A stretch of 64,000 bases of DNA, from positions 248,001 to 312,000 of the forward strand of contig BROI01000013.1 of the NCBI GenBank assembly GCA_027923505.1. The letters run 5' to 3'. The position numbers were made by a program, and so were the translations under genes. This DNA comes from Mayamaea pseudoterrestris (lineage: Eukaryota). Under the pieces are notes generated by a model. That model made no database searches, was not told the DNA's origin, and saw only the letters and a program-made list of their open reading frames with translations. Positions 48,026 through 62,080 of the stretch are shown here, in pieces (position 1 is the stretch's first letter; each line of letters opens with the position of its first letter).

Positions 48026-49223
48026 CTGATTAGATGAATCGTACGTGGTCGTGCGTGGGGCGCGTTTCGGACGAAGTTGGATGCGATCACCACCATGACG
48101 TAATCCACACATCATCTCAAAGCAATTGTCACCCTGCCACCCCATAGTACGATGCATCCTCACAAAGCCTCCGAGCAAAGTGTTTTAAATTAACCGGTTC
48201 TCACTCTTCAGCGTCGGTGTCTTCGAAACCCACCATGGACGCTCAAATGCAGCTGCTGTTGTCGATTCCCTGCAGTGGTTTGAATGCTCATGAATTTTGC
48301 TCATCCATCAGTTGTTAGTGAATATGAGAAAATGAGATATTAGAGCTGCTACTTTCGTTTCGGTATAAGTATGTCGCCGCAAAAAGACTCTTTTCATGCT
48401 CATGTGCGATCAAAATAGCTGCCGTCAACTTTCACTTTTTGTCGGAACAACGAACCAAGCCGAATCATTACCATTGCAATCACTACTTGCCGTCCCAAGC
48501 TTCGTGCATTGACGATTCCCTTTTGAGCGTTACGTTACAAAATCATGATGTAGCTACGCCGTCCGACAAGAGTTTGCATACAGCACGGCACGCAGTAAGT
48601 GACTTTGAGCTCAGCCGTTCAAGACTCCATCAGTCACTTTTTCGCAACTATAAGAGCAAACGATTTCCAAAATCATGCACTTAAATCTCGTCGAATTGCT
48701 CAAGGGGTTTGCGCAATTGATGATGGCGCGATCGACCGTCTGCTAGTTATAGTGGTACAGGTTTCGGTGCACCAGCAAAATGCTTGCGGGCTCAGGCTAG
48801 TTTCTGTCGCCAGCAGTCGCCTCTAATTCAAAACAATCCAATGTACACATAGACCCACCAAGCCATTGCTACGGAGGGAAACTTTTACGTTCAGAACAAC
48901 GAATGCCTGCCGACACGGGACGTTCTACTCTCAACGATCGCCCGAGCGATTACTATTAGCTCTTTATTTCGAAAATGAGTTGCCGGCTTCGTCGCCGTTC
49001 TGCATTGCCAGGAGCAACTTCGACAAGGACCGTTGACGACACTATAAGATCATTGGGTTCTGGTGGTTGATGTCACGTCTGTCGTCGGGACATACTGCAC
49101 CTTCATCACTGTCGCCGATGGCGGCAATTGACTACGCATGACATCAACAGGTGCATAGAGATAAAATATAGAGTATCAAGCTTCTAGTCGTTACAAGTAG
49201 GAAATGTATAACGCTTCTAATCG

Positions 49224-50096
49224 TTACAGGTAAGGTTGTACAATTGGCGACGGCATGACGTGCTGGCGCTTATGTGCAAACGCTGCTTCCTCCGCGCTGG
49301 ATGCGTCCTCGGAATATTGGCGCTTTTGACTATGTTTGGATATGCGCCAAACAAAACCAATATCGTCCAAAAGCTCCTTGCGGGCATCCGATAAGTCGCC
49401 CTTGGCGTGTGCAGCTCGCTGATTATTGACCCAATACCCGAGTCCATCCTGCTTGTACGACTTTGGAACATTACAGTCGCCCACTTTTTCGCGATAGTGC
49501 ATCAAGCAATGCAGCTTCTCCAACCACTTTCCCTCCAATTTGCCGCCTCGAGTAGCTTCCGATGTTTTGTTGCTGTTGGCTAGAACCCACGTAAATTGGA
49601 GCGAGTCCAACTTTTCCACGCGCTCTTGTGACAGCCGGTTCTTCTTCCATAAGATTCGCTGCATCGACACCCAATTTCCAAGCTCCTGGTCGTCCTTGTA
49701 GCTCTTGGGAACCTTTGAAAAAAGTTGTAGAGCAGGCGGAAATTGAATCAGGTATACAAATATACGCAGCATTGAACAAAGAGGTGGAGTCTACAAGCGA
49801 CAACGTACCAGAGTATTACCATGCTGAGCCTTGTAAAAGACGAGCCGCTGAAACTTTTCATTGAAAGCTCGCTCATTTCGTTCCTCCTGCGACTCCCAGT
49901 CAAAGCCAATGCTGGAGAGTCGTTGGCGTTTGGGGTCGTCCAGTTGATGGACCAGCCGCGACCGCTGCTTGCCAACCCATTGGCCCAAGGCAGGATCGTC
50001 CTTGTAGTACTGCGGAACTCGGCAATGACCATGCTTGTCGCGGTAGGCGATGAGTGCATTTAAGAGTTCTTCGTAGGAGCGACCGAATCCTGGCAT
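49224..50096 (-). CDS. Helicase-associated (HA) repeat protein with three HA domains; intron 49713-49808
   Basis: Three repeats of L..Y....G...VP..Y.....LG.WV..QR......L..(I/L).F.W. The intron joins HGNTL-VPKSY. Confidence 0.9.
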
Positions 50097-50522
50097 GTTT
50101 GTGATTAATGGATAGGTAAGTGAGATGCGGGCTTTGCAAGGTGCGAGGTGCGAGCGTCGCCTGATCAGATAATTTTCAGTCGCTTAGGCTAAAACTTCTC
50201 GCCGTTTGTATCAATACATCGGAACAAGAAGCAACAGACGACCGATTATGATGATCGCAGATTGCTGCGATGCCTGCTATGTTGTCACTGCAAGAGTTTA
50301 GGCGACACGAACGCTGCCATGGTGATTGGCATCAGTCGTCGTCGGCATTTGCATGAAAGGCCGAGGTTAGTACCGGACCGACGCGTCAGACGAGCTATCC
50401 GTCATGAGGCAGTGGCAGCACATATATTATACTGCCGCTGACTCGTATCGTACTCGTAAACGTAGCAAACCTATGATGGCTCTTCAGATGCTACGTATAC
50501 AAAAATGTATTTAACATTATGG

Positions 50523-52007
50523 TTAATCGTCTGCAAAGAACTTTAACTTGCCTCGCACCGAGTCGATTGCAACCGTCCTCAAAAATTCCTTCTTCTCCTG
50601 CTCCGTCAGCATGCTGTACAGGTAGGTTAACCGAGGAACGGAAACAGTCGCCAACTTGACAAACGTATTGTAGTGAACCCACGTATAGAGCGCCAAAAGA
50701 AACTGACAATCCATACGATCCATGACGCCGCCATGGCCCGGAATGATTGAATCAAAATCCTTAATGCCATACGCTCGCTTCATGGCCGACGCCAGAAAGC
50801 CACCAAAGGGAGCCACAAGACTTGCAAACAATGCCAACCAAAGGGCATGTATTTGTATTGGAATGAACTTTAGCGTCAACTCAAAGTGATGAAACGTGTG
50901 GCTGGGCTCGCCCGAGACGCATCGCGTCAATGCACCTTCGTCGACTGGCGACGATTCCGTAGCATCCTTGACCATGCATATTTCAACTACATTGGGAATC
51001 ATGCGGACAACACTGCGTGGAAACGGTTCAAAAATTTGGGATGGGAAGTGTGCCTGCGCCTCGATGAAAATAGCATCGGGTTCGCACTCGAGAACTTCAT
51101 TGCGAAAGTTATTGGTGGAGCAAGTCATCCACGTGAACTGTGACAAGTAGCGAGACAAGTACCACGCAGTGATCATGGTAAATATCCAGCCGCCAATGAA
51201 GCCTTCCCATGTTTTATTTGGACTGAATCGAATGAAGGGCCGTTGAATGAACTTGCGGCCATATGTCATGCCAGAGACGTATGCCATAATGTCGTTGGTA
51301 AAGACGAGACAGCACGGCATGACAAACCAAATGAGTCCATTGAAGATGTTATGAAAGATATACTTTAGTTGTCCCACTGTCAGCAGGATCACAAGAACGG
51401 TCCAGCAGAGTTGGTTCATTTGAAACTTGATATGACCAGTTTGTAGAGTCGTAATTGTCAGAACAAATGTGAAGCTGTATAGAATAAACGATATGGTCGG
51501 CAAGTACTTCAAATACCAGAGCAAGTAGTGCAGTTCATGGTTACTTTGACTGAGGTCGGAGAAGAAGTCGGAGTGCGTATAAAACATTGCTGTCATGAAC
51601 CAGCACCATTGCGTCGTTCGAAAGAGAGGAATCTTGTTCTTGACCCGATCAAAGTAGATGTTGTATCGGACTCGAACAAGTTCTCGAAAGAGTAGCAGTT
51701 CAATGATTGTCACCAGAAAGGAAATGTATACATGGCCAAGATAGACAAATCCGGCAAAGATTCCAAACATGCAGACAGCAAAGACTGCTCGCTGCAGAAT
51801 CTTTGTCAATCTCGATTCATCTTTTCGTACTGCCGCAGCATCCTTTCTCGCAGGTGCTGGGCTGCTGAATTCTTCTGTTGTAGCTTGTTCGTCATCACTT
51901 GAAAGTTCGCCCGATGCTTGTGACGATGGTGGAGCTCGATGATGGCTGTCTTCTGCCGTCGTTTCTCCTTCGCTACCTTCCCTGCGATTGCGAAGGCCTA
52001 AGTTCAT
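50523..52007 (-). CDS. CDS1: Phosphatidate cytidylyltransferase (CDP-diacylglycerol synthase)
   Basis: SPNKTWEGFIGG and KRAYGIKDFDSIIPGHGGVMDRMDCQ signature, with multiple TM segments. Confidence 0.95.
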   Translation of the reverse strand: MNLGLRNRREGSEGETTAEDSHHRAPPSSQASGELSSDDEQATTEEFSSPAPARKDAAAVRKDESRLTKILQRAVFAVCMFGIFAGFVYLGHVYISFLVTIIELLLFRELVRVRYNIYFDRVKNKIPLFRTTQWCWFMTAMFYTHSDFFSDLSQSNHELHYLLWYLKYLPTISFILYSFTFVLTITTLQTGHIKFQMNQLCWTVLVILLTVGQLKYIFHNIFNGLIWFVMPCCLVFTNDIMAYVSGMTYGRKFIQRPFIRFSPNKTWEGFIGGWIFTMITAWYLSRYLSQFTWMTCSTNNFRNEVLECEPDAIFIEAQAHFPSQIFEPFPRSVVRMIPNVVEICMVKDATESSPVDEGALTRCVSGEPSHTFHHFELTLKFIPIQIHALWLALFASLVAPFGGFLASAMKRAYGIKDFDSIIPGHGGVMDRMDCQFLLALYTWVHYNTFVKLATVSVPRLTYLYSMLTEQEKKEFLRTVAIDSVRGKLKFFADD

Positions 52008-52298
52008 GATGGTGAGCCGATATTTGTGTAAACCGTAGGTAAGGCAGCTTCGAGGTGGCTACTCTATAAAATATGCATAACAACTCGCGGGTATTTAGAT
52101 TTTTCGCGATCAAGATAGCGTTGGAGGTGTGACGACTGTCAAAACCAAATCTCCATGGTGAATCGGACGTTCTTCCACACGACTCGCAGCGGTACAAGAA
52201 ACGTCGTACCGGTAGTTAAGTCGACTATGGGTAGCGGTACGTAGCATGCTGAGAAACTGTTGACCGCTCACCATGTATGCTAATTGTTAACCTTACGT

Positions 52299-53722
52299 CT
52301 ATATTAGAACTGGCATATACACTGGTTCACCCACACAGGAAGCCTCCTTCGTCAAGGCCTGGCAAAGAGCGTCAATCTGAGACACTTGACAAGGCTCCGT
52401 CAAAATGACTGCTGAATGCCCCGCGTTTGACAAGCTCTTGACCATTACTTCGTGTTTCTTAGCAAGCTCCGCAACTGTCACTTGAATACCATCGCTTTCG
52501 TTGACTGGAACACGAATGTAAAAGGCCGCCTGGTAGTCCTGGTCCAATTCCAAATTGTTAGTTTGCTTTGAAAACAATGGATTGGCTCGTCCAAATGCCA
52601 CGCGCAGAATATCCGCAACGACAGAGTTGGCCGTTGGAAAGCGACCAGCACCTGGGCCAGCGTAGCTTGTCAACCCCATGTTCTCTGAATCAATGGCAAC
52701 GGCATTGCCGGCACCGGAAATGTTAGCCAGCATGTGCGTACGAGGAACCATGGTGGGTGTCACATGCACAAAGAGTTTGCCTCCTTGAGAGCAAGATGCT
52801 GTTCCGACAAGTTTGATATTCGAGTGGATGGAACGAGCAAACTCGATATCCGCCTGCTGCAGCTTGGAGATGCCCTTGCATGGAATGTGAGACTCGGAAA
52901 CCGTCTGTCCAAATGCAAGTTTGGCAAGCAAGGCAATCTTGGCGCGGACCTGCGTGGTAGCAAAAGAAGTAGCGCATGAGACACATTATAAACTGTGCGT
53001 ACATGCGATAAACAAAATGAGCTTACATCATGTCCTTCCACGTCGGCAGTAGGATCCGCTTCGGCGTAGCCGAGATCCTGAGCTTCCTGCAGCACGGCTC
53101 CATAGTCAGCCCCTTCCTCCATTTTGCAGAGCATGTAGTTCGTCGTACCATTCATGATACCAGACACACTACGGATTGTGTCACCGGCGTAGCACGATTG
53201 CAATGCATGAATGATTGGGATTCCGCCGCAAACTGCCGCTTCCATGGCGATGCTTGTCGACGTTGATTCTGCGGCCTTGACAATTTCATCCAGATCCGCC
53301 GCAAGCAACGTCTTATTGGCAGTCACTACCGCTTTCTTTTGTGCAAGCGCTTCCAAAACTACAGTCTTGGCAAGAGTTGTTCCGCCCATGCCCTCAACAA
53401 CACAGTCAATGTTTGTGTCTTGGAGAATGGCGTTTGGATCCGTGACAAACTCGCACTCGGTTTCATCAATCTTGAAGTCGCGAGGCTTGTCAAGCGAGCG
53501 GACGCAAATCTTTGTAATAACAATGCTGCTCGATGCATGCTTCTTGATCAACTCGTAAACTCCTCCACCGACCGTTCCCTGTGCAGTGTGCAGACGAGAG
53601 ACGAGAAAGAAGTGTGCAAGAATGAGTGAATGTATGACTGCGTCAAGACAAATCGTACCCCATGTTTCTATTTAAGCTATACTTACGGCACCAAACATGC
53701 CAATGCGAAAAGGGGATGCCAT
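52299..53722 (-). CDS. Monofunctional homoserine dehydrogenase; introns 53579-53686 and 52950-53026
   Basis: Spliced MASPFRIGMFGA-GTVGGG (Rossmann fold), VVTANK, EAAVCGGIPII, GIMNGTTNYML, GYAEADPTADVEGHD-VRAK and GPGAGRFPTANSV. Confidence 0.95.
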
Positions 53723-54030
53723 AATGAAAGACTAGTTGGTTTAACAAGGACGAATGCTCAAATAATGCCGACGAAAGTGGAAACGGATGTGATGAGAGGA
53801 AACGGCGCGCCTTGTCACGCGTCGCACCATCACATCATATCAGCTACGTGCCGCGTATGGAATGCTATGCGCTGAATGTCTATTAATACGTGCAAGCGAA
53901 CATCATGATAGTAACACTCGGAAAGTAAAAAGGTTTTTATATGCATTGTCTCAATAGGGAGGACAAGGTCGCGGAAGGAGCGAAATAAAACGCGTTTCGA
54001 ATTGGAATGGCATTAGACTCAAGCAGCAAT

Positions 54031-55985
54031 TCATTCCAGCGCTTGTTGCACCAGCGACCCATCGGTAAGTTGGATCGCCGTCCGATTGGCAAGCACTTGA
54101 TACGAGCCCCAGTGGTATGGAATGCAGTACTGTCTTGCTCCTGGGTGTTGACCCAAACATTTGGCTCGGTCGGACGTGCGCGGATGAATGCCACTTCGAT
54201 GTTCGTCAAGATCGAATGGCACCTTTGGTACATGTATATATTCTTCCTTTTTCTTTTGAGTCATGTAAAACGCAGTCTTTCCTTTGCAGCACCAATCGCT
54301 ATAAGTATCGTAGCAACGCATCTCTGTCGCTTCTGGATCAAGTTCGCAGTAAGGCTTGGCAATCTTCCGCTCGCTTTTTGGTCGCGCAAACTGCATGCTC
54401 ATTGGCATTGTTTGTGTAAAACTACTGGGCCGACCAACAATGACAGCATCCGCATGGCTCAACAAAATCATGTCCACCAGTGACATTTCCCAGCCGTGCA
54501 AGCATTCCTCGCCTTCATTCAACACTGCCGTCTTTTCGCCAAACATGATGCCTCGCCCTTCTTCCGGACGTCGCTGCTGAACGTGCAGAACATCCATAAC
54601 GTTTACCAATCTTTCGCGCAGCATGTCAATCATGCGTTCCGTGTCAGTGGCAACAAAAAGTACTGGATTTTCTGAGGAAACTGCCATGTTTTTGACTTGT
54701 AAAACCAAATTATCGACCCAGATTGCTTCATTTTGTATCGCCCTCCCCTTGAAAACGAAATCACCTCCTTCTCCATTTCCGGCTCGAATATGAACTCCAA
54801 TGACTGTTTTATCGCGAAAATACAACTCGCGAAACTTTTCGACATGTGGCGAGAATCGAAATCGCTCCATGAGATCCTTGTAGAATGCAACATCCATGGC
54901 AGCCTTGTCAAAGCCGCAGTGGCGATTGTCGCATCCGTTCGTTTCGTCGGATGGCCAACGCGTCAAAGGATTCATCTTTTTAACGTTGTTGCCTGTGCGT
55001 GCAAATGATGTGCTGAAAATGAGGTGATACTTGAACAACAAAGGGACAAACGCGTTGCAGTGCGACTGTCGGAGCAGTCAACACTTATTACAGACTTACT
55101 GATTCGCAAATAATTGCCCGTATCCGTGACATTGGCAAGCGTGTGCTCTCGTTGCGGTCCAAAGAGATAGTAAAACACTTCCAAGTCTCCGCAAAAGCCC
55201 CAAAAGCTTCGCAAACCAAGGTTCAATCGTTGCGCTACATAGTTGGCATCACTCAACCGGCCCAATCGATGGCCCAAACCACAGCAAGCATGGTAATCGA
55301 CGGATGATTTCATAGAGTTTGTCGCAGGATTTGGTAGATCCGTATAGTCGAGTGGAACCGCATCGGGAAGTGGTGTGGAATGGTTCAGTGCCAATGCAAA
55401 GGAGCTCACCTTGGCGTCAGCCTCAATACTTCGCCTTGACTTGTTTGTTACTTGCTGTTGAGCTAATCGTAAATTGTTGGACTCATGCTCGTCGTCTTGA
55501 AGCAGCGCTGCACTGTTTTGCTGCTCCATCGCCTTGTCGTTGCCGTCATTTCGTTGCTCATCAGTAGTGTCTCGGACCGCCAGCAGTTCCCGATCGCCTC
55601 GTTGCCGCAACAGCGTTTGCTTTTCAGACTGCAGTAGTTGTAGAGACTCTTTCATTTGCTCGTGTTGTCTCTGTAGATTGTTTAAGCTCTCTTGTAACTG
55701 GGCAACCTGTGGTGCGAGTGCAGCCTTGTCTGGCTGCTGCTGCTGCGCTGAAGCGAATCGATTCGTGTCTCCATTGGCGGCCACTCGATCAATATGATGT
55801 ATTAAAGAGACATTGCAAACCATGGCAATGACTACCAATGAAAGAAATACGAGTTGTCGGCTTGTAAAGATGGAAAGGCGAGACGAAGGTGAAACCGATG
55901 CATGCTGCTGTCGGGAGTGATGTTGCTGATGGTCGCTGAAGGAAGGCCGCTGCTTGCGAATGGTCGGTGACAAAGCTAACACCAT
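54031..55985 (-). CDS. Type II membrane glycosyltransferase, fucosyltransferase-like (NodZ/FUT8-type motifs); intron 54993-55099
   Basis: Single N-terminal TM helix, coiled-coil stem, CGLGHRL, IGVHIRAGN, LFVATD and DMILLSHAD...SSFT. Confidence 0.72.
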
Positions 55986-56400
55986 ATTCAGTATTCTTTT
56001 AACTTGTAACTAGTATGTCGCATCAATAACTGCGCATGTTTTAATGAGTTGAAGAAGGGAGCGTCGTCGAGACTTGCAACAAGGCGCAAACTGCTTGGAA
56101 GAAAAATCGGACGAGCCAACCACGCGTGACAGTACCGTTACGACTTGATGACGTTTGTAGCGAGAGTCACAGGATGACCGAGGTGCGAGATCCGATGGCA
56201 TTATAGCTGTAGCTGCTGATCACTGGAAACCTCAGCGGCACGATCAACACTTTGAGGCGCGCTGTACTTATTGAAATATTTATTTGAGGCGATTGTGCGA
56301 TTGCCAGCTTAAGTGGTCGAAAGGAAGGAAGGTTGTTCGCCGCAGTAGCAGCAGCAATCATTCATCCTCCATTCAAACACTCATCGCTTTAACAGCAGTT

Positions 56401-59400
56401 ATGACTTCATCTTGGAAATCGTCCGAGCTCTTTGACATTAAGCTTCTCCTCAGCTGTTTGTCGTTCATCAAGGACTCGGAGTTATCGTCGGATCAACTTC
56501 ACACGCTCATTCAGAGCGTTGAGCCAGTGGAATATCCGTCTCAATCAGATATTATGACGATGAACTGCAAGACACTGCCGGCCTTGTACATTTTGATGAA
56601 GGGTCGGGTCTCCGTTCAACGCGAGGGAGAGGATCCGACTGTCATAATGGCAGGACAATCGTTTGGCGAGCAATTACTGACCCTGGGTGAAGGTACCAAG
56701 CGTCACGAGACGGTTGATGCCCCGTTTACTGTCACGGCTTTGGTGCAACCTCGCGACGGCATTGACGCTGTCCTTTGCGGCAGATTAACGCTCGACTCGT
56801 TTCGCAAGGTATTTGACGTTGACGAGGTGAAGAAGGTGACGGGTGATGTCATTACGGCGAGAACTAAACGGGGAAAGAAGGGAGACCTGAACAATGCTTC
56901 ATCCTCGTCGATTGGGGACGTGACGGATGAGGAAGATGCTGCTATCAAGCCAAAGGCAAGGGCGAAGAAGAAAAAGTCGGATATTTCCATTTCAAAGGTG
57001 AAAAAGACTGACAAGTCGGATCAAGGCTTACCGACAAAGACGAGAAAGTCATCGAAAACCGAGAATGATTTATCGTCTCCAAAGCGAAAAAATTCAGGGA
57101 AATCAGACGGTGGTGAATCGTCGCCTATAAGATCGAGCAAATCTCCTACCAAGGAAAAGGCACGGAAGCGGTCGTCAAAGCTTGAAGGGCCCATCGCTGC
57201 GCCAGTGCTCGAAGAATGTGAATCCGCGCCTAGCGAGACTCCAGCAATGGAGGAAAAGGCACGGAAACGCTCGTCCAAGATTGACAAGTCCAATGTAGCA
57301 ATATCTGTCGACGATCCCATGCCATCAGGAGCGTCATCGTCTCGCGAATCAGATTCAATTAATAACAGCAAACGCCTGTCGGGTATGACAAAAGCACCAT
57401 CCGAAATTACTGGCAGTGCAGATGTGAATTCGACGAGTAATGTCGCCAAGGCAACGACTACTAGAAGAAGCTCTCGAAACTCGCTGGATCCGACGGAAGC
57501 TGCGATGATTCGAAAGATTCAAACAGACGCGCATGACAATTCCATGGCGCTGGATGATTTGATGGAAGATTCAGACACTGACGAGATTGAGATTGAACTA
57601 GACGAGGTAGAAACTCGGAAGCCGCTTGTGGGCGCGACGAGAGCTAGCACTTCGGCAAACCGCCAAGAGTCGCTGAAATTGAGTGGTCAATCGCCACGGC
57701 AATCATCACTTGCAGCGGACGCTGTACATTGTAAAGTAGCTGGAGAGCACTCATTATCTGCCGTTGACGCGATCGAAGCTCCACGCAACGGACTAGCGTC
57801 GGCGGAAGAACAATCTCAGTCAATGTCCTGGGACAACGACAACGAGCCGGAGCTTTCACTTCAAGATCTTATGAACTCGCATCAGCTTGAAAAAGAGAGA
57901 TTTCCAACATCGCCAGTTCGTGCACGCCAAGAGGGAGCAAATTTGTCCAAAACGAAGATGGCTTACTTGGGTGCTATATCGGGCAATTCGACGTCATCGC
58001 CAGTGAAAGTAAGACCCGACGGAGGTCGAAGCAGCTCATTTTCATTGTCGACCGCTAAACCATACACCACAGTAGCTGCGGCTAAGGTTAATAACAAGGA
58101 TTCGCAGATGAACATGTCCAAGTCTAAACTTGCCTATCTGGATGCGATTTCTCAGAAGTCTCCTATGCCCAGCCCAAAAAGCTCTCCTATAAAAGAACTG
58201 CTCGATGTATCGAAAACAAAGCTAATGTATTTGGATGCAGCAACTCGTCGACCGGCGCTGGGAAGCTCAAGCTCATTGGAACTTGACATTGACTTGGAGG
58301 CTTCCATTTCGCAATTCGAGAGCTCCAACGACGATGACATGGTGACACCCATCGTCGAGAACAATGTAAAGCAGCCACTTCGGAGACCAAAGCAAGGTTC
58401 TTTGAAGGTCTTGCCCACATACATGGCTACTGCTGATGGGCAGGGCTCTGATACATTTCCTAAATCGCAGTCACTCAGAAGGCCACGGGCTGCGTCGTGG
58501 AAAGGAAGCACAGGTACACCAAATCCATATCTTGCTAGCAAGCCGGCTCTGGGTCGCGATCGTGCAGAAGATGAATTGATGGAAAATGAGGCGGATGATT
58601 CTTTGTCGTCTGCAGTTAATTCTGTCGGAAGACTCAGACAAGGATCATGGACGCTCGCACAGAGCGGTCCGGTAACGTCGAAGCCTCAAAACGTAAGAAA
58701 ATTGAGACAGGATTCTCTCAAGGCATTTCAAGGCAAGGATGCCTCGCCAACTTTAGAAAGTCAAGAAAAGTTGGCGCCATCGTACCATCAAAATTCCCTG
58801 CAGCGTAGCGAAATTGCTGATAGCAAAGGTCGATCAACAGTAAACGAAAAAATAGGTGATATTGTTGACAATTCCAACGTTGCAAATCATCGATGCGAGC
58901 TAAATGAAACCGTTGATGCAGAACAAATGTTTGAAACTGAAGCTGAAAGCGACAGCCTATCAGCTACGGCATCGGCGAAAAAACCACTCAATGTCCGGAA
59001 ATTGAGGCAAGACTCATTAAAAGCTTTCCAAGGGAAGAAGTCGTCGTCATCATCAGAAATTTTGCGCAGATCGAAGCAAAAGTCTTTGACTAGCGAGGAC
59101 GAGTCGGGTCTGGAAGGTGAAAAAAGTACTGACCAGAGAGGTACGAATTCGCTACTTGCTCGTAAGCCTCCTTCGCATCCACATGACCTGGCGCAGATTC
59201 CGGCTGAAGACCTCCAGCAACAGCACGTAGCAGAAGGCATTTTTTCGACAGAACCGAGCAGGACGATCATGAATAAAGAGCAAAATGGTAACGATGGTAC
59301 TGTTGTCACTGTCGGGAACGATCCGAGGTCCTCGATTTCGTCGACGGTATCCGATGATGAGACTCTGCCAGTGTCTAGTTTAAAGAGAAAGAAAAAGAAA

Positions 59401-62080
59401 GGAGTTAAAGTGTCATTCCAGCCTGGTTTTGCTACTTTTGTTGACGAACCACAAAAATATGACTCCGACGAAGGATCTGTCGACTCAGCACTTCACGATG
59501 ATCAGATGGAGGAATACAAAATCGAAACTGTTGCGTCTACTTCGCCAAGCGAGGCGACCGCCAACCTCCAGCCGAAACAATCTGCGCCACCAAAGTTGCC
59601 AAGCGAGAAAGGCGCCAAAAAGAAAGATAAAAAAGATAAAAAGACAAAAGACAGCAAGAGTTCAAAGCGTAAGGGTCGACAGAGCTCAACGGAGTTTGGT
59701 TTAAAGCCCCGCGAATTGGCAAAGGAAGCAGCCCTTGCGGATCCTGGCTCAGTTCCACGTCGTCCGCCAGCCAACGTTTTTCAGAAGTCCATAAGCGTCT
59801 CGGACGACTACAAAGCTCCTGTTTTTGAAAAATCGGACAAGTCGCGGAAAACGATATCGAAAGCGTTGTCATCGGTGTATGCTTTCCAGCATTTAGAAAA
59901 GAAGGACAAGAAAAAGCTGGTGTCTGCATTTGAGCCCAAGCACTATGGTTCAGGAACTGAGTTCCTAAAGCCCGGCGAGGTCGACGAATTCTTTTACGTA
60001 GTTGACGATGGAACTGTTGCCGTCCACATTGACGGAAAGGAGGCACGGGAGTACCATGGAGGCGATTCGTTTGGTGCGTCAAATCTGGTGCATAGTATGC
60101 CTAACAGAAGCAAGTCAATGCGGGCGAAGAGCTCTGTCAACCTTTTTCGAGTAGATCAGGCCACCTACCGCAGCATTCTTCAACTTGAAACACTTAAACT
60201 TAACTCAATCAAGCGCAAGCTATTGGACAGCGTCAAACTTTTCGAGAAAGTCTCCGATAAAAACAAGCAAAAGCTGGCCGACGTCATTAAACCTCAAGTA
60301 TATGTAAAGGGCGAGACGATTGTAAAACAAGAAGACTACGGAAATGTCTTCTTCATTATCGAAGATGGAAAGGTCCGATGCGAGGATCCCGAGCTAGGCA
60401 AGGGCACTGGGCGAACTATCGAACGCGGCGGATACTTTGGAGAGACTGGCATTGTAAAAGGTGATTCTAAGCCGATGAACATCATAGCCAAGACTGACGT
60501 CGCGGTCTATTCAGTCGACAGGCAGCTTTTTGAAACAATTCTTGGACCGACGAGACATGTGATTATGTCCGAAGTCGATGCACGAGTGCTATCTGGTATC
60601 ACTTGCCTTCAGTTTAGTGTCACAAAGAGGCTCAAGACGGAGCAAATAAACGATTTGCTCGCGAAGATTGAAGATCACCACTTTGCCAAGGGCCAAACAA
60701 TCCTTGATTCCGGTGTCGAAATACCAGCTGCACTGTATTTTGTTCGCAAGGGTGAGGCAAACAGTCTAAAGGGTCGCATGCTTTCGGTTCTCGGTCCAGG
60801 GTCAGTCTTTGGGACGGATCTTTTTGAAAGCGCTAAGGATGAGAAATGCACCGTTGGTCACACTGCTTACAAGGTAGTCGCTACCGAACGCACAATATGC
60901 GGTGTACTCCGAATTGAAGAGTGGTACGCCGTCAAAAAGAAGTATTTTAAAGTGAAAGCAGACTTGCATGGCTCTGACTCAGAAATCAAACACGAAGAAG
61001 ATCTAAAGCGCCGAAATTTTGAGTTTGCTAACTTGGTCAAGAACGTGTTACTAGGCGAAGGTAAGTTTGAATTGAAGGTCGCTGCGAATGCTTGAATCTA
61101 GACACAAACTCATCAATCATGCCTCTATTATAGGCCAATTCGGGCAAGTCTGGATGGTTCATGACAAAACAGAATCGCCTGTGCAACCTTATGCACTGAA
61201 GATTCAGTCAAAGTTTCAACTGCTGGAGGAGGGTCAAGCGGAGGCATGCATCCGTGAAAAGGAGGCGCTGGCAGCAATGTTCCATCCCAATGTGATTAAA
61301 CTCTACGCCACCTTTCAAGACGACGATTTCGTATACATGCTTTTGCAGCTTCTACAAGGAGGCGAGCTATTTAACTTAATTCATCCGATTGATGCCGATC
61401 TTTCGGTGAACGGATTGCCGGAAGAAAAGGCTCGATTCTATTCTTTTTGCATAGCCGACGCTTTGGCGCATGTGCATTCCAAGTGCTATGTGTACAGGGA
61501 TATGAAGCCAGAAAACGTCTTGATTGATAGCTTCGGCTACCCGTGCCTCATCGATTTTGGATTTGCAAAAAAGATGGTTGAAGAGAAAACGTTTACACTC
61601 TGTGGAACTCCAGGCTATCTATGTCCCGAACAATGCCTCTCCCTTGGCCATTCTTACGCAGCCGATCATTGGAGCTTTGGAGTCCTCGTCTACGAGATGC
61701 TCTGCGGCGAGAGTCCCTTTTTCTTCTATGGCATTGACACTTCGGAGCTTTACCGATCCATTGTTCAGGACGACTTTCCACCACTACCAAGTGCAACTGC
61801 AGCTGCCGTCTCACTTATTGATGGACTTCTCGCCAAGGATCCGAACCATCGACTCGGTTCATTGGCAAACGGCGAGAGTGATATTATAAGTCATCCGTGG
61901 TTTCAAGGTCTTGATGTGTTTGAGATGCGAAAGAAGAATCTAAAGGCGCCTTGGATCCCGGATATCAAGGATCCTTTCGATGCGTCTCACTTCGAAGACT
62001 GGAGCGACTTGCAAGACAAGACGTCGCAGAAGTTTTTGCGGCTGAGCGAAGCAGAGTCAGTCATTTTTAAGAACTTCTAG
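56401..62080 (+). CDS. Cyclic-nucleotide-dependent (PKG-like) Ser/Thr kinase with an extra N-terminal cNMP domain and a very long linker; intron 61061-61133
   Basis: cNMP-binding folds (SFGE, SFGA, YFGE, VFGT) and kinase motifs GEG-QFGQV, YALK, YRDMKPEN, DFG and GTPGYLCPE. Confidence 0.9.

Noticed and set aside
37202..52007. A nutrient or metal transport gene cluster (bestrophin, PiT x2, ferroportin)
   Set aside because: The orientations are mixed, unrelated genes are interspersed, and there is no shared regulation evidence beyond the PiT pair.
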